Assembly: GCA_964584335.1 (NCBI GenBank)
Contig: CAZOZN010000002.1
Location: forward strand, 66,974-130,973
Source: an uncultured archaeon
GTDB lineage: Archaea; Aenigmatarchaeota; Aenigmatarchaeia; PWEA01; JAGHBM01
DNA: 64,000 bases
Direction of reading: 5' to 3'
Shown here one piece after another: positions 1 to 10,900 of the stretch. The notes below the pieces were generated by a model. The model made no database searches, was not told the origin of the DNA, and worked only from the letters and a program-made list of their open reading frames with translations. A program made the position numbers and the translations under genes. Numbering within the stretch: the first letter of the stretch is position 1; the number at the start of each line of letters is the position of its first letter.

Positions 1-1242
1 AATAATCAAAACCTCGCCGGGTTTTTCTATATTTTCGTTACCGAAAATTTGTAAATCGGTTACCTCAACTGCTTTTATACTTCTCTTGGTATAAGTTTTT
101 GGTTTATAATCCTGATAACATGCTATAGGATTAGCAAGACAAGAATAACCATATCCTAATGTTCCCAAAGGAGACCCTAGATTTTCCATTATAGGTCCCG
201 CTATCTGGTCTATGTTATAATCAATTGTAGGCCACCAGTCACCAAAAACAGCTTCTCCCATTATATCAGGGTAAGCTATTGCTGTGCTTGCAAGAGCAAC
301 AACAAGTATTGGTACGCCTATGAAAGTTTTTGCCTTGTCCACGGGGACGGAAGCGAGTATTCCCAAACCAACAACTGATGAGAATATTACAAAACCAACA
401 AGACTGCTAGTGCCTGACTGTCCTAAGAACGAAACTGAACTAAGTGCAAGACCGCCTCCACCAAGAGCGCCCAGTATTATACCATTTACGTTTCTACCCA
501 ACAAAAAACCAATACCCACCGAAACCGCAGCCATGACAATCCCGATTCCAATAGTGAAAAACTTAGTTAAATCAACAGATATGTCAGGAGCTGTAATAGA
601 AAGTAAAAAAACTACCAAAGTAACAAAAACAAGGATAATAACAAGATACATAAAAAATTTTCCAATCTGACCAGCGTCTTTCTCCCCGGCAGATCTTCTA
701 ACACCTTCACTTAATCTTTCCCCAACTTCGTAAAATTTTTGAAGCATTTTTGCTGAGACATCATTTCTACCCTGAACATCAACGGATGGTATAGTTATGA
801 AAAATCCTGAAGCAATTAAAATAAGAGACCAAAACAAAGTCGGATTGCTTGAGCTAATATCTGAAAATATGTATCCGAATGTGATTACCATTAAAATTCC
901 TAAAATCATTTTCAAAACAGAAAGACCGACTTCCTCGTCTGAAGAAACGCTATCAGAAGGCGAGCTCATTATTCCAACAGAAAGAACAAATAATGGTATA
1001 AACTTCAAAAACGGGAGAGGACCAAACATCAATAATGTCCCCAAGCTCAAAAAGATGAAACCACAAGACCTGAAAAAAGCCCTTACATAACCTATATACT
1101 CAAATGAATCAATGTTAAAAACAGAAGTGGGTTTTTCAGGATGATAACCTCCCTGATCTAACAAACCCGGTTTTTCAGCATGACAAATAGGACAAGGATA
1201 GCTACTTATTTCCTCTCCGCAGTTGAAACATCTCTTTGTCAT
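1..1242 (-). CDS. Multi-pass membrane protein with N-terminal Zn-ribbon (partial, runs off left edge)
   Basis: Not in ORF track. Manual translation from ATG at 1242 (MTKRCFNCGEEISSYPCPICHAEKP...) is open to position 1, with many hydrophobic segments; GTGAT RBS-like motif upstream. Confidence 0.8.
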   Translation of the reverse strand, partial: MTKRCFNCGEEISSYPCPICHAEKPGLLDQGGYHPEKPTSVFNIDSFEYIGYVRAFFRSCGFIFLSLGTLLMFGPLPFLKFIPLFVLSVGIMSSPSDSVSSDEEVGLSVLKMILGILMVITFGYIFSDISSSNPTLFWSLILIASGFFITIPSVDVQGRNDVSAKMLQKFYEVGERLSEGVRRSAGEKDAGQIGKFFMYLVIILVFVTLVVFLLSITAPDISVDLTKFFTIGIGIVMAAVSVGIGFLLGRNVNGIILGALGGGGLALSSVSFLGQSGTSSLVGFVIFSSVVGLGILASVPVDKAKTFIGVPILVVALASTAIAYPDIMGEAVFGDWWPTIDYNIDQIAGPIMENLGSPLGTLGYGYSCLANPIACYQDYKPKTYTKRSIKAVEVTDLQIFGNENIEKPGEVLII

Positions 1243-1249
1243 ATTATCA

Positions 1250-2626
1250 CTAAATTTTACTCAAGCCGAAAAATATTATTCCCACTCCTATTAGTGTTGC
1301 CCCCAGCTGGTTTGTGTATGGGCCCAAGACCAAAGATACCAAAAGACCTAAAACCAAAGATGTTACAATAGGAGTTATAGATGAATGCAAAATGCCCACA
1401 CTAGTACCTTCCAAGCCTTTCTTATCTGGATAAAAATCATACCCAGATCCTATAAAACCGCACGAATTGCATGCAATTTTACCATCGGCGTCATATCTTA
1501 AATTATGGGAACCGCATTTGGGGCATTTTCCTCCACTTGGTTTTTCTCGATTTGTTGTCTTTTTATCTTTTTCCTCATCTTTTTTCCTTTGAGACTCTAT
1601 TTTTTTCTCCGTCATATCGAAAAACTTACCTGATTGTTCCAAAGCTTTTTCTTTCTCTAACTTTTTCTCAGTTTGTTCAAAAAACTTTCCGGTATCTTTC
1701 AGAGCTTGATCATACTCATTTCTCTGTAAATCAAGCAATTTTTTTCTTGCTCTTTCATTTTCTTTTTCAGTCCTTTCAAACCAATCACCGGCCTCTTTGT
1801 AAGCAGCCGGTATTTTTTTCTTTTCTCTTCGTGTAGAAACTCCACTATCCTTTCTCCTAATTAATTTACCAATACTAGGTTTTTCATATTTTTTTGAACT
1901 ATATTTTTTCAATAGATCTTTGGATACATTAGGAGGTTTATTCATATCCCCGACAGACTTAGATTCAACTCTTTTTCTGTGTCTTTCCTTTTCAGCCTCT
2001 CTTTCCAACAAAAATTTATTCAATATCTCGTACTGTTCCTCGGTTATCTTGCCTTCGTCAGCAAAAACTCTTATAAGCAGCCTTAAACTACTAAAATCTT
2101 CAAGTTGTGAATTAGAAATAATATTTTTTAATTTTACAACGGCTTTTGAACCCAAGACTTTTTTCTTTCTAAGTGCTTCTTCTTTTTTATTCAAAAATTC
2201 AAACAAATAATTTATATCATTATTACTAAGACCGGGTGATTTGGATATTATATCATTTAACAACTGGTCTCTGTCTACGTTTCCTTTGTTGATTTTTTTA
2301 ACATGTTTCTTAACAAAATTCCCGGGTCTTGTATCCTGATATGCTTCGGCTTCATAAGCTACCCATCTCATAGCCTTGTTTAATTCACTTCTCAGCTTTT
2401 CAAGCTCATAATCACTAAATTTATCAATATTATTTGTTATTTTCTCTCTGCAATATTTCAATTTGTTCATGTCTTTATTAGAAACGGCACTCTTTATCTG
2501 CTTTGATATGTGTTTATATTCGCTTCCCATTCCTTCACCTGAGGGTGCTCTTTTTATATTTAAGTTATTGGATTTCCTATTTTTAAGCTTTTTTTCTTTT
2601 ATAACAATTCCTTTGTTTTTAATCAA
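1250..2626 (-). CDS. Lys-rich coiled-coil protein with C-terminal Zn-ribbon and two TM helices
   Basis: 458-aa ORF; CPKC...CNSC motif, hydrophobic C-terminus, three GxFF(E/D)xTEK-like repeats. Confidence 0.75.
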   Translation of the reverse strand: MIKNKGIVIKEKKLKNRKSNNLNIKRAPSGEGMGSEYKHISKQIKSAVSNKDMNKLKYCREKITNNIDKFSDYELEKLRSELNKAMRWVAYEAEAYQDTRPGNFVKKHVKKINKGNVDRDQLLNDIISKSPGLSNNDINYLFEFLNKKEEALRKKKVLGSKAVVKLKNIISNSQLEDFSSLRLLIRVFADEGKITEEQYEILNKFLLEREAEKERHRKRVESKSVGDMNKPPNVSKDLLKKYSSKKYEKPSIGKLIRRKDSGVSTRREKKKIPAAYKEAGDWFERTEKENERARKKLLDLQRNEYDQALKDTGKFFEQTEKKLEKEKALEQSGKFFDMTEKKIESQRKKDEEKDKKTTNREKPSGGKCPKCGSHNLRYDADGKIACNSCGFIGSGYDFYPDKKGLEGTSVGILHSSITPIVTSLVLGLLVSLVLGPYTNQLGATLIGVGIIFFGLSKI

Positions 2627-2666
2627 AGATAATCTTAATCACAGATATTGCTCCAATTTTTATATT

Positions 2667-3854
2667 TCATAAATCAACATGGAAATCTGATATAGTGTAG
2701 CCACCGCTTCCTGTTACCGAGAATATTACCTTGTTTTCACCAACCCCTGCATAGTTCTTAGGAAGCCTCAAGCTTATGGTATTTCCCTCGTCAAGAACAC
2801 CCTGCACAACAAGAGAATGTTTGTCTCCGTCAGGATTTTCTACAGTAGCTACAAGAGAAGTTGGTGTTTCAAATATTTTCTCTATCTTGAATTTTATTTC
2901 TCCCGGTAATCTTCTATGTTGAGAACCGGTCAAGTAGAAATTCATTTCAAGTTCTTCCGAAGCCTCTCTATCCCAGAATATAATTATTTCCGCATCTCTT
3001 GCTGTAAATTCGGTTCCCCTTTCAGAAGACATTTCAATCAAGTTATCTCCTTCTCTTATTATGTCTTCAAAATCAATCCACTGTATAAACCTGGGTGTAT
3101 CGCTGAAAACATTTACCCCATTAACATTAACAAAAAGTTTTCCGTCACCTTCTATTTCGTCAAAATTAATTATAATTCTTCCCAGATTTACCGGTGTTTC
3201 TTTTTCGCCTACATAAAAATTGAAACTTTGTGATACTGTTCCAACAAAGTCACTCTTCAGCTCAAGGTTCCTTAACTTATATACAGTGGGAGCCCACATT
3301 CTCCAGCCGCTGGACTCCGAAGTAACCAAAAATTCATTATCTTCTGAGAAAAAACTAATATCAATAGGTATTTCAAAACTTTCTCCGGTTTTAAGTGGCT
3401 CTGAGAAAATCTCTTTACCGTTTAAACCAAAAATCAATCTTCCGTAAAGATTTGTATCGTATACTTCTCCCAAAAGAGAAACAGATTTCATCTTGTTCAA
3501 ATCATCCTCGGTGAGAGAAAATATTTTATTATATTCTTTCGATTCGAGTATGCCGTTTTTAACTGTCAACTCATCCTCTTGTATAAAAGATTTCTTCTCT
3601 GTTACATAACTTATTTTGAAGGGTTTTCTCATAAGATATATGTGCCTCAAATCTTCAACTTCTCTGGTACCCACAAAATCATCTTCCGGTAGATTTATTT
3701 CGGGCTCGCTGACAGAACGATTGCTTCTCTCCGGAGGCACAAACCTGTAACTTGGACCAACAAGAAAATTACCACCATCCATCATCATGTAAAAACTAAA
3801 AAAAAGCAAGATACCTACTATAAAAACCTTTGTAAAATACGGGATTTTTCCCAT
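2667..3854 (-). CDS. Membrane-anchored/secreted beta-rich hypothetical protein
   Basis: 395-aa ORF, N-terminal hydrophobic helix, GGAGG RBS upstream. Confidence 0.75.
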   Translation of the reverse strand: MGKIPYFTKVFIVGILLFFSFYMMMDGGNFLVGPSYRFVPPERSNRSVSEPEINLPEDDFVGTREVEDLRHIYLMRKPFKISYVTEKKSFIQEDELTVKNGILESKEYNKIFSLTEDDLNKMKSVSLLGEVYDTNLYGRLIFGLNGKEIFSEPLKTGESFEIPIDISFFSEDNEFLVTSESSGWRMWAPTVYKLRNLELKSDFVGTVSQSFNFYVGEKETPVNLGRIIINFDEIEGDGKLFVNVNGVNVFSDTPRFIQWIDFEDIIREGDNLIEMSSERGTEFTARDAEIIIFWDREASEELEMNFYLTGSQHRRLPGEIKFKIEKIFETPTSLVATVENPDGDKHSLVVQGVLDEGNTISLRLPKNYAGVGENKVIFSVTGSGGYTISDFHVDL

Positions 3855-3937
3855 GGGGGCGCCTCCTTTATTCTATTTATTTTATAGTACCGTCGTATAA
3901 ATATATAGGCCAAATGAAGCTGTTAAATGGTGAAATA

Positions 3938-4957
3938 ATGAAGATACTTAAAAAAGACTTAAAGAAAGGTCTGGTAAAAGTTAAAATAGAAACACCGGAT
4001 GACGCATGGAAATTAGAAAGTTTACTTGAAGAAGAGGATTTGATTAGTGCAAAATCTCCAAGAAGTATCGAAATATTAAGAGGCGACAAAAAAGAAAAGG
4101 CAGGCAAAAAATTGTTTTTTATCAAAATTTCTCTTGAAAAAAAAGAATTTCACGAATACTCAGGTAAGCTAAGACTTACTGGAAAAATAATAGAAGGTCC
4201 TGATAATACACTGGGTTCTTATCACACGATAACAGCAGAAGAAGGAAAAATAATAAACATAGAAAAAAACTGGAAAAAATGGCAGATAGAAAAGCTTAAA
4301 AAATCTTTGATAAAACAACCAAGATTATTGATATGCATAATGGATGAAAGAAAATCATCTTTTTTTGAAGTAACTGATAAAATAAAAAAAATATCTGACA
4401 TAAATAACGAAAAACCGGGCAAGCAATTTGGTGAAAGTGACTCAAAAAAATATTTTAAAGAGATAATTAATTTCTTAAAAAACAAAAAAGATTATGAGAA
4501 GATTATACTGGCAGGTCCCGGATTTACAAAAGAAGACCTTTATAAAGAAATAGATGGAAAAAACATAGAAATTAAAAAAAACATAAGTGTTGCATCTTGT
4601 TCACATGCAGGTGAAAACGGATTACAGGAAATAATAAAAAAAGGTGTTATAGATAAAATAACCAGAGAATCTAGGATTAGCTTTGAAACAAGAATAGTGG
4701 AAGATTTTTTTGATGAATTAAGTAAGGAAAATTCAATTGTTACTTACGGCAAGAACGAAGTAAAGGAGGCTGTTGAAATGGGTGCGGTAGAAAAACTTCT
4801 TGTATCCGAAAAAGAACTGAAAAAACACGAGAAACTAATGGATGAAGCCGAAAGAAAAGGAGCAGAAATATTGATAATATCAGAAGAACACGAATCAGGA
4901 CAAAAATTATCCAGGCTGGGTGGTATAGCTGCCTTTCTAAGATTTAAAATAAATTAA
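3938..4957 (+). CDS. pelA: mRNA surveillance protein Pelota (Dom34)
   Basis: DDAWKL, LRLTGKI, GSYHT, AGPGF and LGGIAAFLRF motifs; ATG 3938 follows GGTGA RBS (ORF track start 3914). Confidence 0.93.
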   Translation: MKILKKDLKKGLVKVKIETPDDAWKLESLLEEEDLISAKSPRSIEILRGDKKEKAGKKLFFIKISLEKKEFHEYSGKLRLTGKIIEGPDNTLGSYHTITAEEGKIINIEKNWKKWQIEKLKKSLIKQPRLLICIMDERKSSFFEVTDKIKKISDINNEKPGKQFGESDSKKYFKEIINFLKNKKDYEKIILAGPGFTKEDLYKEIDGKNIEIKKNISVASCSHAGENGLQEIIKKGVIDKITRESRISFETRIVEDFFDELSKENSIVTYGKNEVKEAVEMGAVEKLLVSEKELKKHEKLMDEAERKGAEILIISEEHESGQKLSRLGGIAAFLRFKIN

Positions 4958-7900
4958 AATTCTATGTATAGTTTACCGTCTTTCTTTCTTACTATACCCT
5001 TTATTACACCCCTTCCTTCATAGCCAGCGTGCCTACACAAGCCGCTTATCTGACCTGTTGAATCCTTTATCCTATAAAACATTCTATTCTCCTCTGGTAT
5101 GAATTCAGAATAAACTATTTTACCGTCAATCTTAACTCTTTTTCCTTTATATTTATCGGGTTCGGCTACTATATCCCCTATTCTTAACTTGTGGTCGGGC
5201 GGCGGAGTTGGTTTTATTTTAACTGGCTTGGGAGCTCCCCTTCCATGTTTTTTGAAGTATAGTTTTATACCAAAAATTATCAAAATAACCAATATTAAGG
5301 GTATAAGCCATATCATATCGATTTCATTTCTAGAAGACCTTCCGCAATCAGAAGGACAATCTTCTTCATCCTCGCCAAACTCACATATACCATTACCGCA
5401 AACTGTGTCGTCATCTTCTATGGGATTCTGGATTATGCTTGTTGTAGTTTCCCTTACTTTTCCCATTATTGCAAAATGAGAAAATCCCTCAAAATTCGAC
5501 TTATACTCTTTTTTATCGGCAATTTCCTTTATTTCTTCTGTCTCAAGTTCTTTCCATCCGCCATCATACTTCCAGAGACTTACAGTTCCTACGTTATTTT
5601 TTCTAATCCAGTCTTTATCAACAGAAAAGTAAAAATCTATATTATCTACTCTGTCATTAATATTGCTTGTATCAACTTTTAGATAATGGTAAAGTTTCCA
5701 GCCATCTCTGGATATTCTTGGGACCTCAAACACATGCCATTCATCAAGCTTTTCCATTATTACTTGAGCGTTGTATACTGTGTTTATTGGATAAAATACG
5801 ATTCTGTATACCATTCCGTTCCAATCTTCTATATCAACAGTCTTCATTATGTCTTTGGACATAGACAATCCATTAATCTCGACTCTGTCCTGAGACACAT
5901 TTATTGATGTTGCACCGGTATATCCACCAGAACTGCCCCCGCTTGTACCTCCTCCTCCACCACCATCTATAGTAGTCGTGGTGCTGGAGGTAGTTGTTGT
6001 AGTTTCAGTCATCTGAATTACTCCGCTGTGGGCCAATCCGGTTATGTTTAAAGTCGTGTTACTCTCTATGGAACAGGAATAACCGCCACTAGTTCCCGGA
6101 CAGTAAAGAGAAACTCCTCCCGCACAGTTTATGTCACTTGTCAAAACAGTTAATGAGACAGAATCTTCATCGTAAACGCAAACTCTAGAAGACGAATTTG
6201 TTTTGTTTAGGTAAACTGTTTTAGTTAATCCGTTTTGCATCTCAAGCCCGTTTATGACTAAGTATTCCATTTTGTTGCTAGTCTTTCCCTTAGTTATATT
6301 GATATACTGTAACTCAAGAGTGCTCTCACTGTAATTCCAATAAAATGAAGCAACAATTCCGTAAGAATCATGAATCACGGTGAATAATGTGCCTGAGAAT
6401 ATCTGATTGAGGTTGTAAGAACCATTAACAGAAATATTTATGCCTGCTGTATTGGTTTCAATCCATGTCTCATCGCCCGTAAGAGAATCCGAGCTGTCAA
6501 CTATGCCGTCGTTATCGTCATCCGTGTCATTTAGAATTGGATTTTCATCTCCATCCGGATCCAACAACCAATCTTGTAATGATACAGGAGTATTTTCATC
6601 AAGACTAATATTAATCAAATTCAAACCATCTGTGTAAATTATTATTTCATCTCCGCAATTAGAAGAGTTAAATTCCACTGGGAATTCTACATAACCGCCT
6701 GAAGTGCTGAAGTAGTTTGACTGCACTGTAACATTCAAATCAGAAAGTAAATTACCTTCTCCATTATAAGCATAAAATGGGTAGTGCCTTTCTATCTTTC
6801 CCGCACTTATAGATTGTTTACTTCCTACAGACAAATTGCCATAAATAACACTAGTTTCACCACTGTCTGTATCGGGTATTAGGACACCCGTGCTACAATT
6901 AGTGAAGTTTGATGATGAATTACCATCGAGTCTTAGAGTGCCTAAATAAGAGTCATAAAAGTTCACAGTTCCCTCGTTGTCGAACATTGTTATATAGGAA
7001 TTGTTAACATTCAATAATGAATCAGATAGAGAATAAACACTGACATTTCCTATCAAGACATTTGTGAAGTTCAAATTCATATCAGTCGTGTTTATGTAGC
7101 CGTTATTAACACCCTCTTTCAAATTAAATATTTCTCCAGTTCCATTTATGTAAAAGGTACTTGAGTTTATTGTAGAATTTATTATCTCACCGCTAGTCCT
7201 TCTAAACGTGGCCGACCCCACATTTTCGTTATCTAGCCTTAAATTCTGGTTACCATCTATGTTTAACGTTATTATAGTCTGCGGGCTGTTGTAAACCTCA
7301 AGGGTGGAATCTCCTTTGAGCTCTACTATATTAAGTGAAGTATTCCATGCTATGAATGTGCTGTTATCAGTCAGGTATAAAGTGTCATGAAGTATGGAAT
7401 TTCTTGCATAACCGGTGCTGTTATCCTTGAATCTTATAGGTATATTCAAAACCAAACTTGACATGTTCATGACCGTCTGGTCTGTTATGTTTAAATAATC
7501 AAGGTTGTTGAGTAGTGACTGGTCTGCCTTACTGCACTGTGCCGTTTGTGTTTGATTAAGAACCCAAGGCCCGGAGGAAGGCGGGTTACAATAATCTTCT
7601 GTAACATTTAATTTTATAGTGTTGCTGGGCTGGATTACACCAAAGGAATCGTTTGCATAAAATGTTACATATTCAACACCTACCCAATTATCATTTGGTG
7701 TGAAAGAAACCATGTGACCGTGGTCATAGTATTTATACAAATTAAAGTTTCTCCACTGAGAATTGGTTGATTGGTTAAAACTGTCATATTTCTGACTCAA
7801 TTCAATCTTTATTTTATTTGCCTGTGGTAAAGTAGTGTAATTAAAGCTAAGCCCTTTCCATGATGCTGTTGAATTAAATTCATATTGCTCTGAACCAATA

Positions 7901-10900
7901 AATTCTCCATCATTATAACAACTAAATATCACAGAGTAAACAAAGTCATTTGTATTATTGGATTTGTGCTCTCCGGTGAGCATATACTTCGTAGATGAAT
8001 TTGCAGTAACGTTCTGATAGAATGTCCCGTTAGCATTCATCAATATAACATTGGTATCAGAAAATTGCATTACTACATATCCTGAACCGCTTTCTCCTGA
8101 ATTCTCCCAATCGGAAAGTAATACTTCTTCTCTAACAGGTATTTCTATTGATATGTTCTCGTTTCCTGAATATGTATATTCCACATCTTCAGTTGTTAAA
8201 TTAAGGAAATACTCATCCAAATCCAAGGCATTTGAAAATGTCTTTTCCTCCACCAGGGTATAGTTTCCTATTGGATTGCTTTGGTTAAACCAAGCGTGAT
8301 TATCAACATAGAAATTAACTGAACTGTTGACAGTGTTGTCTACACTGTCTTTTGCAATATAATTCAACAAATACTCTCCATCTTCAAGGCCAGAAACATT
8401 TACGTAAGTTGTCCAATTAACATCGTTACCATAACCGACTGAAGTATTGGTTCCGCTAACATTTGTGTTGGTAACTGTATAAGTTACATTAGTATAATCC
8501 TGTATATTTGTGGTTACGTTAAACCCTTCCCTGAAGTAAGAACCGTTAACCTCTCCTAATATATCAGCTGTTATGTTCGGTGGTGTCTTATCTAGGGTGA
8601 AGTTTCTGGTATAAGTACTGTAATGATTGAAATTATCCCAACTTTCAACAGTTATAGAATAATTTCCTTCAGTGTAATTTTCATTAAACCAAGAGAATTC
8701 TGAATTTTCATATGAGTAGAAAACAAGGTCTCCTGTTTGTATTATATTTGTTGCGTTTGATATGGTTACATTTGCTCCTCCGACACCGCCCGGATAGTCT
8801 GTTATATTAAACAAAAATACATCATTAAAACCAAACTTGCCCTGTCTTTTTGTATAGTTTCTTTCAGTCGGGTGGATAACATTTATTACAGGAGGTGAAA
8901 AGTCTATGCTGAAAACTACTTGCGTGTTTTGGTCTCTGTTCTGTTCTCTTCCGTCAGAATCTTTACAAGCTATATGAAATGTATACTGATTATCAATTGT
9001 AAGATTTGGTATCTGACATGTAAGATTTTCTCCCCATTCACCAGAAGCATTGCACTTACTGTCTCCCCAAGTTACCATGTCTATAAACTTTCTATCATAC
9101 TCAGAATAATAACAAGTTATGTTTCTGTTTCCGTGAACAGTTATGTTTGTCAGACTATTGTTTACATCGTCAAGCCATCCGTCGTACATGTAAGTATCGT
9201 TTTCAACTGACATTACTGTCGCTGTTGGTGCTATCTGATTATAGTAAGTTGTAGGACCGCTGGATGTTATATTACTTACTAAACCTCCATCATCTATAGC
9301 CCTGACGCTAAAGTAGTAAGTTCCTTTGTTTGTTAGGTTAAACTCCCTTGAAACATTTCTATCAAGTCCGTTGTTTATCCATCCATCCGAGGTGATGTTC
9401 CAGCCAGAGTCTGGATACTTTGAAATACCAACTGCATATTCATAATAATCTATGTTGTATCCTTCTGAAGCAGTGCTTTCTGTCCAGCTAGCATTCAACA
9501 CTTCAGTATTGTGAACTTCTCTGGGTGTCGTTATTTCAACTGGTGTGGGACGGTCTGAAGGTTCTTGTGTCTCAAGATATTTTATTGAGGGGCTCGTCCC
9601 AATAAGACTCCAATCCGACCAAGAATACTTTTTATACCTTACATTGAAATAGTATGTCTCGTCATCAACCAAATCAAGCTCATCTGTGGTTAAGTTACCG
9701 TTATTTATCTCTTCTTGTGTTGCAGTAACCCAACCGTCTGTAACAGAATACCAATACTGGTTGGGGTAAGGTTCGTCGCCGACAGTATACTCCAAAGAAC
9801 TAACAGAAGTCGGGTCACCTGTGCTTATGTTCCATGACATAAACAATTCGGTGTCGTGTACTATGCTGCTTTCTATATAGACATCAGGTGCAGGCTGAGT
9901 TATGTTCCCAACTGTAATCTCCTTTGCTTCAGAACCGAAGTTTCCAGATTTGTCTGTTATTGAAAATGTTAAGTTAGAATCCCCCATATCCATTAAAGTC
10001 TCTACAAAACAATATGTTTTATCTTGTATATCCAAGGAAGTTAAGAAATATTTAACACTATTATTATATTTTTCTTTCAAGAAAATTTCGCTACCGTCGG
10101 AAAGAGTATAAGAATCCCCCTCCCCCATGAGGTCGGTAGTATCTGTAGAGTTATCGTAATGAACCTGGAAAACTACCCAGTCCTCTACCGAGTATGGGAC
10201 AACCTCATAAATCTTACCCCCTGATAAAATATTCTCGCTTTCCAGGTAATCTGTCACAGCTCTTTCATCGAAACAGCTTATATTTTCGTCGTAATAATAA
10301 TTCTTGTTGTATGTTCCATTGGAAATATTCAACAATAAAGTACTCATGTTTAATCCGTAATCATCTGAAATATTGAAGTCAAGAACAATTTCCTCTGTAA
10401 TAGTCCCGTTTGGTATCATGTACAAATCAAAAACCGGAGTATGGTTATCAAAGTATACATTATCCTCAAAGGTTGCTCCAGAGCCAACTGAATTTTTACC
10501 TCTCACCCTAAGAGTGTTCTCACCTTCCCACAAGTTTAAGGAAAGATTGAACCATCCGTTAGGGTAGCTGTTATTGTAAGAATGAACAACTATCCCGACA
10601 GTAACATTTTCCTCAAGATTTGGTGATATATAAACCTTGTAATAATCATACAAAACTCCCTCTATCTTAACTTTTCCCGTTATGTTATAATACTCAAAGT
10701 ATGTCCTGTTTTGGTTCTCTATCCTCAGATAAGTTGAACTGTTAAAGCTTTTGTGTGATGTGGAATTTATTTTGATGTAGTTGCTTCCCTCAGTAATATT
10801 TTCAACTATAACATTATCTCCGAGTTTTATTGTTCTCTCAAATTGTGTAGTTACATTTGTATGTGGTGTGTTTTCATTGTCCAGGGCCTGGCCAGTTACA

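Noticed and set aside
284-2672. Plus-strand ORFs 284-670, 797-1090, 1180-1371, 1471-1836, 1920-2210, 2463-2672
   Set aside because: Antisense shadows of two minus-strand genes; no recognisable motifs.
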